From NCBI GenBank assembly GCA_964398485.1, contig CAYNMD010000004.1, positions 1 through 40,888 of the forward strand: DNA of 40,888 bases, read 5' to 3'. Position 1 is the stretch's first letter. Every line of letters begins with the position of its first letter. A program made the translations under genes and the position numbers. Origin of the DNA: an uncultured Bdellovibrionales bacterium. GTDB taxonomy: Bacteria; Patescibacteriota; Minisyncoccia; Moranbacterales; UBA1568. Of the stretch, positions 1 to 9,511 are shown in pieces. Below the pieces are notes generated by a model, which ran no database searches, was not told the origin of the DNA, and worked only from the letters and a program-made list of their open reading frames with translations.

Positions 1-2
1 TT

Positions 3-3000
3 AAGGATGAATCGACCAGCCTAACACAACGAACAACTCTTGCCTTCCTTGGGGCAGGCGTCTCTTGTGCGGACAACGTGACTCAGACTGAGTGTACTAT
101 CTCAGGTGGATCAGGATCGGATCTCCAAGGGACGTATGGGGCTGACGCCGATGGAGGTAATGCGACGATCTCACTTACAGCAGCTGACGATGGTCTCATC
201 TTTACCAACCCAACTTCTGGCGGCAATGACCTCTCGACTTTTCTCCTTCAGCTCGATCAGGCCAATACGACCGCCAACGTGAAAGCACTCGACATCGTCC
301 AGTCATCCAACGCGGCCAACGCAGTCAATATTACCGCTAACTCAATTGATAGCGAGACCGGCCTGGCCATCACTGCTAACGGACTTACCAGCGGAAGCGG
401 GATCAGCGTTGCTTCTTCGTCAACCGGCATGACGGGCAATTTGGCCCAGGTTTCTCTGTCTGGCTCAAACTCTGCCAACACTGGTGATATTCTCGAGCTC
501 TCCAATACGGGAACAGCTAATGCCAATACTACCCTCCATATCGATCATCGTGCTACTGGAACGGGCAACCTTGCTTTGAGAGTGGATGACATATCTGGCG
601 ATACAACCCCATTTATTATTGACGGCGACGGAAATGTGGGTATAGGAACAAGTTCGATTACCACGCCTACCGGGAAACTCACGCCAGCACTCCAAGTGGG
701 ATCGGCGACGAATCGAGAAAATTCCAGTTTCTATGGTGACGTGACCGCAGAAGGTTTTGATATTCAAAGAAATCTAACGGGGATCATCGATATATTTGTC
801 TATGACACATCGCGCGATGCGGATGGTGGGGGATGGCGTAACAGCGCCTTGTCTCAACAGCTCTCCTGGTTTACCGAAACCAAAGACAATACAGGATCTG
901 CCTGCGTGATCGGGACAGACGACCGCTGTGGTAAATCAGAATTTCCCCGTAAAGCGATTCTCGTTACTACCGCCACCGCTCTCCATATTTTTGATGGTGG
1001 GGATAATACTCTCTGGATGACATTCACCCAAGCCGGGACCTATGCGATGGGGGCGGATACCAACAACAATCCATCCGGTGTCGGCGCCCAGAATGGTGTG
1101 ATCGTCGTCGGCACCAATGGCGCCTCGGCTACGGGCATGTATGCCTTTGACTTCAAACAAGACACGATGTTCCGCTACAATGCCACGAACCGCGTGCAGG
1201 GGGACAAGAATATCGGGAATCGCAACAGTACCGTGACCTACTCCACTGATGCCAACACCAACTTTGCCATCGCTGATGCAGTGGTGAATGATGTCTCGAT
1301 CGCGATGCAGACGGCTTCGTCTGAAGGTATGGCCAACACTCTGACTCTCCCCACCGATAGTGCCACGAGTCCAATCCGCGGTGTCACGCTCATCGCCGCC
1401 GCGACCAATACGGCTATTTCTGTCGTGAATATGGCTTCACGAAAAACCCTGAATTATTCGGATGTAACCAACGATGACTACTACCAAGTGGTCATGACCA
1501 CTCGCGGACGGCTGTACGCGACCAATGCCACCCAGCAACAGCTTGAGGAGTGGAAAAACATCGATCGCGATGTGGCCAACGAAACCAATGGTACGCCTGA
1601 TCGCACCTATGACGAGCTGACTCCGAACGGCGCTGCTGGGAAGACGCCGATCACTACAGGTACGGCACCCACCTTTTCAGCATCGAATCCGGGCCAACTA
1701 GCGGTTATCGAGCGTAGTTCGAGTGCGCGTGAATCAGCCGCGACGACTTTGCTTGAATCGGGCGATATTGTTTTTGTCGGATCGAACCAGGGACTGGCAG
1801 AAGTCCATACTTCGGGTGGTAACTTGCTTGGTGCTTCGTGGTCCAAGATTACGACCACCACCGTGGCTACGCCATATATGGTAGGGGCTCCGCGTGGAGT
1901 TTTCACATTTGATGAAGCCACCGGATCGACGGCGGCGACCAGCGCCGTGGGAACAGCCGGCTCGACCAAACAGGTGCTCGATCAGGCGGGAGCGACGGCC
2001 CCGACCTTTGGTGGGGGTGGAGTGCGTGGGACGAGTGTCAACTTCAACAATAACTCCTATCTTTGTTCGGATGCGAATTCAGATGGTACCTGTGATGCGG
2101 ATACAGACTTCAATGCTGGAACGATTGGATTTACTGTTTCTCTGTGGTTTAAGCACGCTACAACAGCTGCTGCTGATGCTCTTTTTGAGCGTTGCTATAC
2201 TCCTGCTACGCCTACCGCGGCGGTGGGTTGTATCTATGCAGGTATGACTGCCTCTGGTACTATCCGTTTCGCAATTGATAGCCAGACAACGTGGACCTAT
2301 GACACGACTTACGACGACACGATCGTCTCGACGGCGACCTATAATGATAATCAGTGGCACCACGCGGTCTTCACCAATACAGACACCGACATCTGTATGT
2401 ATATCGATGGGAAAATGGCAGTGGCGTGTGATTCCACTCTAGCAGCCACCGCAACTCTCGATGCATCACAAGTGTTGACAGTGGGCGGAGTATGTTCGGG
2501 GGCGAACTGTACGACCGGGACGAACTTCTGGGACGGTTCCATTGATGATTTCGTGTGGAGTTCGAACGGTGCCACGACCGATAATGGTCTTCCGGCTCAA
2601 GGTGCACTCAAGCTCTACCTCGACGGTCGGGCACACCTCATCCGCCCCGCTACCACAGTAACTGACGCAACGGCATTCAGTTCTACCACCATCGGAGATT
2701 CCGGGGAATCCTATATACCAGGGTCTTTTGCTGGTCTAGTAGTCGAGCTGACGGGTGGGACTGGAGCTGGTCAGACTCGCATGATTGTCTCCAACGACGC
2801 GACGACCTTTACTGTTTCACCGGCTTGGAGCACGACGCCGGATGCGACGACTGATTACACCGTGAACCCTGCGCGACTGTATGGTGCTACGAATGCTGTT
2901 ACGGCTATAGCCCCAGACCTCCCGACCAACCTCAATCGCCTCCGCAAGGTCTATGTCGGTACGAGTGATGGGAGCGATGGTGGAGGAGTCACGGTCTATA

Positions 3001-4880
3001 CTAATGCCGGGACGGGTTCATTGAAGACCGGCGTCATACATAGTGATGCCGGATACCCGAGCGATGATCTTGGGAGTTCCTGGTCGGGAACCGATGCGGA
3101 TGATATCAGTGCCATGCAAGCCTATTCTGATACTGTCGCAATAGGTAATGGTGCCTTTATGCGCGCGCAGCGTTCGGATGTCGGTTTGAAACAGTTGCAG
3201 CTTGATGTCGGTTCAGCCATTGAGGACATCCGACAGGAGCTTGTTGCCAAGCAGCTCTATGGTTCAACGCAGGATGTACTGGGGCTTGGTCAGGGAGCGG
3301 ACTTGGCAGAGCGGTATTATTCAAACGAAAGTCTTGAGGCCGGTGAAATTGTTTCTATCGACAAGACCATAGAGGCGGGTGTGAAGCGCTCAGCGTCCGC
3401 GTATCAGCGCGATGTGCTTGGCGTAGTCGCTACCAAACCGGCCATTACACTTGGTCCAGTGCAAGAGAATGCGTATCCAGTCGCTCTGGCTGGTCGTGTT
3501 CCTGTCAAAGTAACGAATGAAAACGGACCAATATATGCTGGCGATCGGATCACTGCCTCATCGAGACCTGGATATGGCATGTTTGCCAGTCAAGCGGGGA
3601 GAGTCATAGGGACGGCTCTCGCGGATGCGGGTGATTGGGTAGTTTGTGATAGTGAAGATGCACTTGTTGAACATCCAAAATTGTGTACCACCGTGCTTGT
3701 CTTCGTCAATCTCTCCGATTACTACGGTCAACCAGTGGAACTCGCCATGGCCGAAAAAACTGATTCGATTGGTTTGACGACCCCGGTGAGTGACGATGAG
3801 ACCGGTCTCGGAAGTGGTGACACCGTGGTCAAATTGGCGACCGCTACCCCGACCCGCGAAGAACAGATTATGGCGTTCCTCAAGACTGTGAGAGATGAAC
3901 GAACCAAGAATCAGGCGGCACCATCGGAAGTCTTTACTGATCGAGTGGCTGCCAGTACCGAAATTATTACGCCGAAACTTGTTGTAGACGAGATCTTTGC
4001 CAAGAGTATCAAAGCTGACAGTATTGAGGGACTTTCGTTGTGGACGGACAGAATAGCGAGTCTCCAGGCCAAATACGCGGGACTGGTGCCTGAAACAGAA
4101 AATGGTGATGCTACGCCAGCCGATGCTGCTCTTGGCACTGAGCGTACGCTCCTTAATCTCGAGCAGTTTGTGGTGGGGTCATTCACGGCTCGTCTCGATG
4201 CGAGTATTCTTGGTAAGCTTTCAGTGACTGGAGCGCTGACTGTAGCAGATGCCGCCGAGTTTCAAGGAGAGACAACGTTTGCTCGGTTGGCTACTTTTAT
4301 GAACGAGGCACTTTTCCGTGGCAAAGTGGCTTTTGAAAAGGTGCCAACTTTTAGCGCTGATACTGCTGGTTTTGCAACGATCACGGAGGGAGAAAAACGG
4401 GTACGAATTACGTTTGACGAGGCTTATGCTCGACAGCCGATTGTGGCAGTAACACTGACGCGTGACATCTCACCGCTCCTTGAGGATAGTGCAGACGATA
4501 CTCTCCGATCGGATGTAGCAGAGGTGGAGCGTGAGTATGTAAAGGGAGTCTTTGATACCAACATACGCTATATAGTGACAGAGAAAGATCAGACTGGTTT
4601 TACTATCTTGCTCTCTGATAAGGCGCCGGCAGACCTTTCTTTTTCCTGGGTAGCCATTGCCGTTGATCGGCCAAGGACTTCGATCTCTCAGCCTGAGAAA
4701 GAGGGAGAAGATGGGAAATCTGAGAGGGAGGATGAAATTGTGTTGCCTGAAACTCCAGTCGCTCCGGCCGAAGAAGAGGCATTACTCCCAGAGCCAACTG
4801 CCTTGCCTGTAGAGAAAACTCCTACTCTTACGCCAGGTCAAGAGTCTGTAGCTGCTACTCCAGAATCTGAAACCATTTGA
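3..4880 (+). CDS. Giant secreted/surface protein, 5'-truncated by the window edge. Thr/Gly/Ala/Asn-rich beta-type N-terminal repeats, central LamG/concanavalin-A-like lectin domain, conserved C-terminal beta-rich module, acidic Pro/Glu-rich tail
   Basis: The reading frame is open from nt 3 to the listed GTG at 78 (KDESTSLTQRTTLAFLGAGVSCADNV, no stop), so the real start is upstream of the window. LamG-type signature FTVSLWFKH...NQWHHAVFTN...MYIDGK...WDGSIDDFVW lies at about nt 2040-2620. N-terminus contains NVGIGT-type repeats. C-terminal block is GADLAERYY..GEIVSID..VLGVVATKPA..VALAGRVPVKV (about nt 3290-3600). Stop TGA at 4878-4880. Confidence 0.85.
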   Translation, partial: KDESTSLTQRTTLAFLGAGVSCADNVTQTECTISGGSGSDLQGTYGADADGGNATISLTAADDGLIFTNPTSGGNDLSTFLLQLDQANTTANVKALDIVQSSNAANAVNITANSIDSETGLAITANGLTSGSGISVASSSTGMTGNLAQVSLSGSNSANTGDILELSNTGTANANTTLHIDHRATGTGNLALRVDDISGDTTPFIIDGDGNVGIGTSSITTPTGKLTPALQVGSATNRENSSFYGDVTAEGFDIQRNLTGIIDIFVYDTSRDADGGGWRNSALSQQLSWFTETKDNTGSACVIGTDDRCGKSEFPRKAILVTTATALHIFDGGDNTLWMTFTQAGTYAMGADTNNNPSGVGAQNGVIVVGTNGASATGMYAFDFKQDTMFRYNATNRVQGDKNIGNRNSTVTYSTDANTNFAIADAVVNDVSIAMQTASSEGMANTLTLPTDSATSPIRGVTLIAAATNTAISVVNMASRKTLNYSDVTNDDYYQVVMTTRGRLYATNATQQQLEEWKNIDRDVANETNGTPDRTYDELTPNGAAGKTPITTGTAPTFSASNPGQLAVIERSSSARESAATTLLESGDIVFVGSNQGLAEVHTSGGNLLGASWSKITTTTVATPYMVGAPRGVFTFDEATGSTAATSAVGTAGSTKQVLDQAGATAPTFGGGGVRGTSVNFNNNSYLCSDANSDGTCDADTDFNAGTIGFTVSLWFKHATTAAADALFERCYTPATPTAAVGCIYAGMTASGTIRFAIDSQTTWTYDTTYDDTIVSTATYNDNQWHHAVFTNTDTDICMYIDGKMAVACDSTLAATATLDASQVLTVGGVCSGANCTTGTNFWDGSIDDFVWSSNGATTDNGLPAQGALKLYLDGRAHLIRPATTVTDATAFSSTTIGDSGESYIPGSFAGLVVELTGGTGAGQTRMIVSNDATTFTVSPAWSTTPDATTDYTVNPARLYGATNAVTAIAPDLPTNLNRLRKVYVGTSDGSDGGGVTVYTNAGTGSLKTGVIHSDAGYPSDDLGSSWSGTDADDISAMQAYSDTVAIGNGAFMRAQRSDVGLKQLQLDVGSAIEDIRQELVAKQLYGSTQDVLGLGQGADLAERYYSNESLEAGEIVSIDKTIEAGVKRSASAYQRDVLGVVATKPAITLGPVQENAYPVALAGRVPVKVTNENGPIYAGDRITASSRPGYGMFASQAGRVIGTALADAGDWVVCDSEDALVEHPKLCTTVLVFVNLSDYYGQPVELAMAEKTDSIGLTTPVSDDETGLGSGDTVVKLATATPTREEQIMAFLKTVRDERTKNQAAPSEVFTDRVAASTEIITPKLVVDEIFAKSIKADSIEGLSLWTDRIASLQAKYAGLVPETENGDATPADAALGTERTLLNLEQFVVGSFTARLDASILGKLSVTGALTVADAAEFQGETTFARLATFMNEALFRGKVAFEKVPTFSADTAGFATITEGEKRVRITFDEAYARQPIVAVTLTRDISPLLEDSADDTLRSDVAEVEREYVKGVFDTNIRYIVTEKDQTGFTILLSDKAPADLSFSWVAIAVDRPRTSISQPEKEGEDGKSEREDEIVLPETPVAPAEEEALLPEPTALPVEKTPTLTPGQESVAATPESETI

Positions 4881-4927
4881 TGAAGTCCTCTGATTTTTAG
4901 TGGTGAAGAAGAGTGACAGATATTTTG

Positions 4928-4936
4928 TGTTACAAT
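4928..4936 (+). promoter_or_regulatory. Extended -10-like box TGtTACAAT directly abutting the SD/start of the serine hydrolase gene
   Basis: TG at 4928-4929 and TACAAT at 4931-4936, followed by GAGGGGG (4937-4943) and ATG 4949. The same TACAATGAGG word recurs at 5970-5979. Confidence 0.3.
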
Positions 4937-4948
4937 GAGGGGGATTTT

Positions 4949-5944
4949 ATGTCCACTTCCCCGAAGGTATTTTTTGGCGTTTTTCTCATATTTGCCATCG
5001 GTGTTATTACTGGCTATGGCCTTTTTGTTTTTCTTGACCGAGATGCCCATAGTAATGTGAGTAGTAATTCCAAACAGATTCGCCAAGTCGGGGAATATCG
5101 CTACATCAACCCTCTCCTTGAGTGTGAAGTAGCTGAAGGAACGATTGATGCACGGAAACAAAATTTTCGTGACGAGCTTGTTAGAGAAATAGAGATTATT
5201 AAAAAGCAGAACCAATTGACTAAGGTGGCGGTCTATTTTCGTGACCTCAACAACGGTCCAGCCTTTGGTGTAGATGAAGCGGGCGAGTTTTTCCCGGCCT
5301 CGCTCCTCAAGGTGCCAGTGATGATGGCTTATTATCGTTGGTCAGAGAAGGAACCTCAACTTTTAGAGACAAAAATTAGCTATCAGAATGAGATAGACTT
5401 TGGCTATAAACCAACCATTATTCCCAAAGAGAAGCTTGTTGTGGGCCAGTCGTATTCTGTGAATGAATTGATCCGACATATGATAATTTTTTCTGATAAT
5501 CAAGCTCTCTATCTTCTCACGCGTAATCTCCCGAAAGTTTATATTGAAGAACTTTTTAAACTTCTCGGTGTAGGAATAGATGTATTAGCTGATTCAGATG
5601 CCAAACTTACTGTCAAAGAATATGCCGGTTTTTTCCGTATCCTCTTCAATAGTTCGTATCTTTCTCGCGAGAATTCGGAGAAGGCGCTCCTTCTTCTTGC
5701 TTCGACGGATTACAACGATGCGTTGCCAGCTGGGGTACCAAAGGATATTTCTGTTTCCCATAAGTTTGGTGAGGCAGGAACAGGTATGACTGAAAGGCAG
5801 CTGCATGACTGTGGAATTGTCTATTTCCCAGATCATCCTTACCTCACCTGCATCATGACCCGGGGCAAGGAGCTCGACAATCTCAAACAATCTATTGTTG
5901 ATATTTCCAAGTTTATCTACGGGAAAATCGACGAACAGTACTAG
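4949..5944 (+). CDS. Class A beta-lactamase-related serine hydrolase (PBP-like) with an N-terminal membrane anchor
   Basis: SxxK as S-L-L-K in FPASLLKVPVMM; SDN in IIFSDNQALYLL; KTG-equivalent HKFGEAG. N-terminal hydrophobic helix VFFGVFLIFAIGVITGYGLFVF. ATG 4949 is preferred over the listed GTG 4913 because a GAGGGGG Shine-Dalgarno lies 5 nt upstream. Confidence 0.75.
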   Translation: MSTSPKVFFGVFLIFAIGVITGYGLFVFLDRDAHSNVSSNSKQIRQVGEYRYINPLLECEVAEGTIDARKQNFRDELVREIEIIKKQNQLTKVAVYFRDLNNGPAFGVDEAGEFFPASLLKVPVMMAYYRWSEKEPQLLETKISYQNEIDFGYKPTIIPKEKLVVGQSYSVNELIRHMIIFSDNQALYLLTRNLPKVYIEELFKLLGVGIDVLADSDAKLTVKEYAGFFRILFNSSYLSRENSEKALLLLASTDYNDALPAGVPKDISVSHKFGEAGTGMTERQLHDCGIVYFPDHPYLTCIMTRGKELDNLKQSIVDISKFIYGKIDEQY

Positions 5945-5966
5945 TCTTTCTTTGAGAGTCTCTCCC

Positions 5967-5975
5967 TGGTACAAT
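5967..5975 (+). promoter_or_regulatory. Extended -10-like box TGgTACAAT overlapping the first candidate ATG of pcrA
   Basis: TG at 5967-5968 and TACAAT at 5970-5975, then GAGGA (5976-5980) and ATG 5986. The box overlaps ATG 5974, which argues for 5986 as the used start. Confidence 0.3.
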
Positions 5976-5985
5976 GAGGAGTACT

Positions 5986-8205
5986 ATGCAATTTTGGGAA
6001 GCAGGACTCAATACTGAACAGCGCCGGGCCGTCACTACTGTCGATGGACCAGTTCTTATATTGGCTGGAGCGGGGAGTGGCAAGACCAAGACGCTTACTC
6101 ACCGTATTGCCTATCTTATCGCTGAGAAAAAAGTATCTTCACACGCTATTTTGGCAGTCACCTTTACCAATAAGGCGGCAGCTGAGATGAAAGAGCGTGT
6201 CGAACATCTTCTTGCTAAAGCAGGAGAGGGGGATTTCCGCACCCCAGAATTTATGGGCACGTTTCATAGTCTCTGCGTACGGATTTTGCGTCGTGATATT
6301 GAACCGCTTGGGTACAGCAAGAATTTCAATATAATCGACGCTGACGATCAGCTCGGTCTCGTCAAAAAAGCCATGAAGGAACTCGAGATGAATCCGGATC
6401 AAATCCGGCCGAGGTCACTCCTCGAGGCTATCTCTACTGCCAAGAATAGACAGATGAGTACCGAGCGGTTTACTGCCGAGGCCCAGAGTTATTTCGAGGA
6501 GCTGGTGGCCAAAGTCTATGAACGGTACCAGGCGATGCTCAAAGAGCAGAATAGTCTCGATTTTGATGATCTCATTGCCCTTACGGTAAAGCTTTTCAAA
6601 GAACACGAGACTATTCTTGCTCGCTACCAGACGCTCTTCCGGTATATCCTTGTCGACGAGTATCAGGACACCAATCCGCTCCAGTACGAACTCGTGACGC
6701 TCCTCGCGGAAAAGCATCGTAACCTCTTCGTCATTGGTGATGATTATCAGTCTATCTATTCCTGGCGTCAGGCAGATATCCGCAATATTCTCTCTTTTGA
6801 GGAGGATTATCCCGAAGCTGTTGTCATTACGCTGGATCAAAACTATCGTTCGACACAGAAAATTCTTGATGCCGCTTCGAGTATTATTGAAAACAATCTC
6901 CATCAGCGTCACAAAAAACTGTGGACTGAGAAAAAAGAGGGCGATCAGATTACGCTCTATCCAGCGGTAGATGAAAATGACGAGGCAAGATTTATAGTTA
7001 CGGAGATTCGTTCCGAAAGAGAAAGTGGCCGAGCTTATCGTGATTGTGCCATACTCTACCGGACCAATGCTCAGTCGCGAAGCGTAGAAGAAGCTCTGCT
7101 TAAAGCAAGTATCCCGTACCTCATTATTGGTGGAGTCAAGTTTTATAGCCGCAAGGAAATCAAAGATGTCCTGGCGTATCTTCGCTTTCTCGCTAATCCT
7201 CGTGACTATCTTGCTCTTGAGCGTCTTATCAATGAACCCAAACGAGGAATTGGCGCTGCCAGTCTCGAGGTCTGGGTGAGCGCGGCACGGGAAAAATCAC
7301 TCGACTACCTGGCTACCATCCCGCACCTTAGGGAAGGCGGACTGCTCCAAGAGAAAAAACTGAAGGCACTCGAGAGTGTGGCTGAGCTCTTTCTCCATTG
7401 GCGCGATAGTCTCGAACATGAAACGAGTCTGACACTCGCGCAGCTTATTGATGTCGTGGTGCGGGAGAGCGGTTACCTCGAGACACTTCGTGATGGGACG
7501 ACCGAGGGTGAAGTGCGTGAAGAAAACGTCAAAGAACTTCTTTCGGTTGCCAAGAAGTTCGATACGCTTTCGGCGCGAGAGGCACTCAATCGATTTTTGG
7601 AAGAAGTGGCTTTGATTGCTGATACTGATTCTTTGGATGAAGGAACAGATGCAGTGCGGCTCATGACGGTACACTCATCCAAGGGGTTGGAATTCCCAGT
7701 AGTTTTTCTTATCGGTCTTGAGGAGGGAATTTTCCCACATTCACGGAGTGCTCTCTCTCCATCTGAACTCGAAGAAGAGCGCCGCCTTATGTATGTGGGT
7801 CTCACCAGGGCCAAGGAGAAGGCATATCTTCTCCATGCGGAGATGCGTACTCTCTTCGGTGGGATGCAAGTCAACCCACCATCGAGATTTCTCTCTGAAA
7901 TCCCGACTGAATTAGTGGAGAAGAGGGAACAGAAACCGGAGAGCGCCTTTTTCCCGAGCCGTAAACCTTCATACGGATCATCGTTTGGGTATCGCCGGAA
8001 AACTTCTTCGGTGGAAGCACCAAAATCTCCTTCCGAGAAAACAGCTTCTGGCGCGACGGATCTCCGTCCAGGCGATATGGTGGAGCATGATCAGTTTGGG
8101 AGTGGTCTCGTACTTTCCCTCGATGGGAAATTGGTATCGGTAGCCTTTAAAAGGGCGGGAGTGAAAAAAATGATGCTCGGGGTTGCACCACTGAGGAAAA
8201 TCTGA
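5986..8205 (+). CDS. pcrA: ATP-dependent DNA helicase PcrA/UvrD (SF1A)
   Basis: Walker A AGAGSGKTKTLTHR; motif Ia TFTNKAAAEM; motif II VDEYQDTN; motif III GDDYQSIYSWRQA; motifs V/VI TVHSSKGLEFPVVF and YVGLTRAK. C-terminal Tudor-like tail GDMVEHDQFGSGLV. Alternative start ATG 5974. Confidence 0.95.
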   Translation: MQFWEAGLNTEQRRAVTTVDGPVLILAGAGSGKTKTLTHRIAYLIAEKKVSSHAILAVTFTNKAAAEMKERVEHLLAKAGEGDFRTPEFMGTFHSLCVRILRRDIEPLGYSKNFNIIDADDQLGLVKKAMKELEMNPDQIRPRSLLEAISTAKNRQMSTERFTAEAQSYFEELVAKVYERYQAMLKEQNSLDFDDLIALTVKLFKEHETILARYQTLFRYILVDEYQDTNPLQYELVTLLAEKHRNLFVIGDDYQSIYSWRQADIRNILSFEEDYPEAVVITLDQNYRSTQKILDAASSIIENNLHQRHKKLWTEKKEGDQITLYPAVDENDEARFIVTEIRSERESGRAYRDCAILYRTNAQSRSVEEALLKASIPYLIIGGVKFYSRKEIKDVLAYLRFLANPRDYLALERLINEPKRGIGAASLEVWVSAAREKSLDYLATIPHLREGGLLQEKKLKALESVAELFLHWRDSLEHETSLTLAQLIDVVVRESGYLETLRDGTTEGEVREENVKELLSVAKKFDTLSAREALNRFLEEVALIADTDSLDEGTDAVRLMTVHSSKGLEFPVVFLIGLEEGIFPHSRSALSPSELEEERRLMYVGLTRAKEKAYLLHAEMRTLFGGMQVNPPSRFLSEIPTELVEKREQKPESAFFPSRKPSYGSSFGYRRKTSSVEAPKSPSEKTASGATDLRPGDMVEHDQFGSGLVLSLDGKLVSVAFKRAGVKKMMLGVAPLRKI

Positions 8206-8209
8206 AACA

Positions 8210-9511
8210 ATGGGGGACATGCTTATTTTGTCTCCTCACAACCGATTGTTTCTGGGCACCTTGATCCTCGGGGGAGGACTTTTTTTTGCTTCAGAAAATG
8301 TGGGTGCTGAGGGCCCAGTCAAAGATCTTGAAAAGGCGATCAAGTCTGGTAAAAAACAGATTCTTTTTGCAGGCAAAGAGAATGAAGACCTGACTATCAA
8401 AGCCAATATAGCCGTAACTGGTACGAGTCCAGACAAAGCATTGATCTACGGTGATATCAAAATGGAGAATGGCTCGTCGCTCTCTAATGTAACCGTAGCA
8501 GGAAAAAAGACGGTTATTACGATTGCTAAGGGAGCGAGTGTTACTCTTTCCAATGTCACGGTGCGTGGTGGTTCTGAATCCGGTATCTTTGCTCCAGAAG
8601 GTGGTGGTACCCTTACTATCAAAAATTCTCGTATTCTCAAAAATCGCAAAGGTTTTTATATTCTTCCAGGAAAAAATTTGAATATTTCTGGTAACGTAGT
8701 GAGCGGCAACGATGAGGAGGGGCTAGATGTCAGAGCGGGAACCTCGGGGAGTATTGTTGGAAATCAGTTTGTGAATAACGGAGAGGGAGGTGCAGAAATC
8801 ATTGTTGGTTCTGCTCGCCTGACTATTAGTCGGAATACATTTTCAGGGAACAAATCAAGTGGTCTCGCCCTCCAGGCGTATAGCGGCATCGGGAAAGCTC
8901 CAGGCAATGTCCAGGTATCAAACAATACCTTCTCCAACAACGGGAACTTTGGCTTGGTTTGTAGCTCGCCCAGTAAGGGAGGGGCTGGTGGCGCCTTTTT
9001 TCAGCGGGTGATTAGACTTATTGATAATACCTTTCAGGGGAATAAGGCGGGCAATATTGACCCCGTCTGCGCTACTGCCAATCGCCAGAGTCAAAACGAT
9101 GACGTATCTCGTTCTCAAACAGAAGTGTCTGCTGACACTGCGCGTATGGAAAGAGAGAAATTGCGCTATGAAGCGATAGAATATTTTGCTACAACTACCA
9201 CGCTTCTTCATGACGAAGAATATCTTCTAGAGATGAATCTCAATGAATACGAGGCGTCACTTACTCAGACTGAGAGGCTGTTCCATCCAACTTTGTCTCA
9301 TACGGCTATTGAAAAGACAGTGCGTCAGATCGAGCGCATCAATACTTTGAGGCGGGCGCTCGAAGAATTTCCGGAGGAATGGCTGAGTGACTCGCTTCGA
9401 GATGAACGAAATGCTCTGGTCAATGAGTCGCTAAGGCGCATGGAAGAGCTCCGGCAATACTTTGAACGACTCCAAAAGCCACTGTTCTGGCAGTTGGTAA
9501 GAGCATGGTAA
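8210..9511 (+). CDS. Secreted right-handed parallel beta-helix repeat protein (PbH1/NosD-like) with a C-terminal coiled-coil region
   Basis: Signal-like N-terminus LFLGTLILGGGLFFASENVGA. Repeated ~22-aa units of the type NVTVRGGSESGIF / ISGNVVSGNDEEGLDV / IVGNQFVNNGEGGAEI / ISRNTFSGNKSSGLAL / VSNNTFSNNGNFGLVC. The last ~130 aa are Glu/Arg/Leu-rich and helical. Confidence 0.7.
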   Translation: MGDMLILSPHNRLFLGTLILGGGLFFASENVGAEGPVKDLEKAIKSGKKQILFAGKENEDLTIKANIAVTGTSPDKALIYGDIKMENGSSLSNVTVAGKKTVITIAKGASVTLSNVTVRGGSESGIFAPEGGGTLTIKNSRILKNRKGFYILPGKNLNISGNVVSGNDEEGLDVRAGTSGSIVGNQFVNNGEGGAEIIVGSARLTISRNTFSGNKSSGLALQAYSGIGKAPGNVQVSNNTFSNNGNFGLVCSSPSKGGAGGAFFQRVIRLIDNTFQGNKAGNIDPVCATANRQSQNDDVSRSQTEVSADTARMEREKLRYEAIEYFATTTTLLHDEEYLLEMNLNEYEASLTQTERLFHPTLSHTAIEKTVRQIERINTLRRALEEFPEEWLSDSLRDERNALVNESLRRMEELRQYFERLQKPLFWQLVRAW

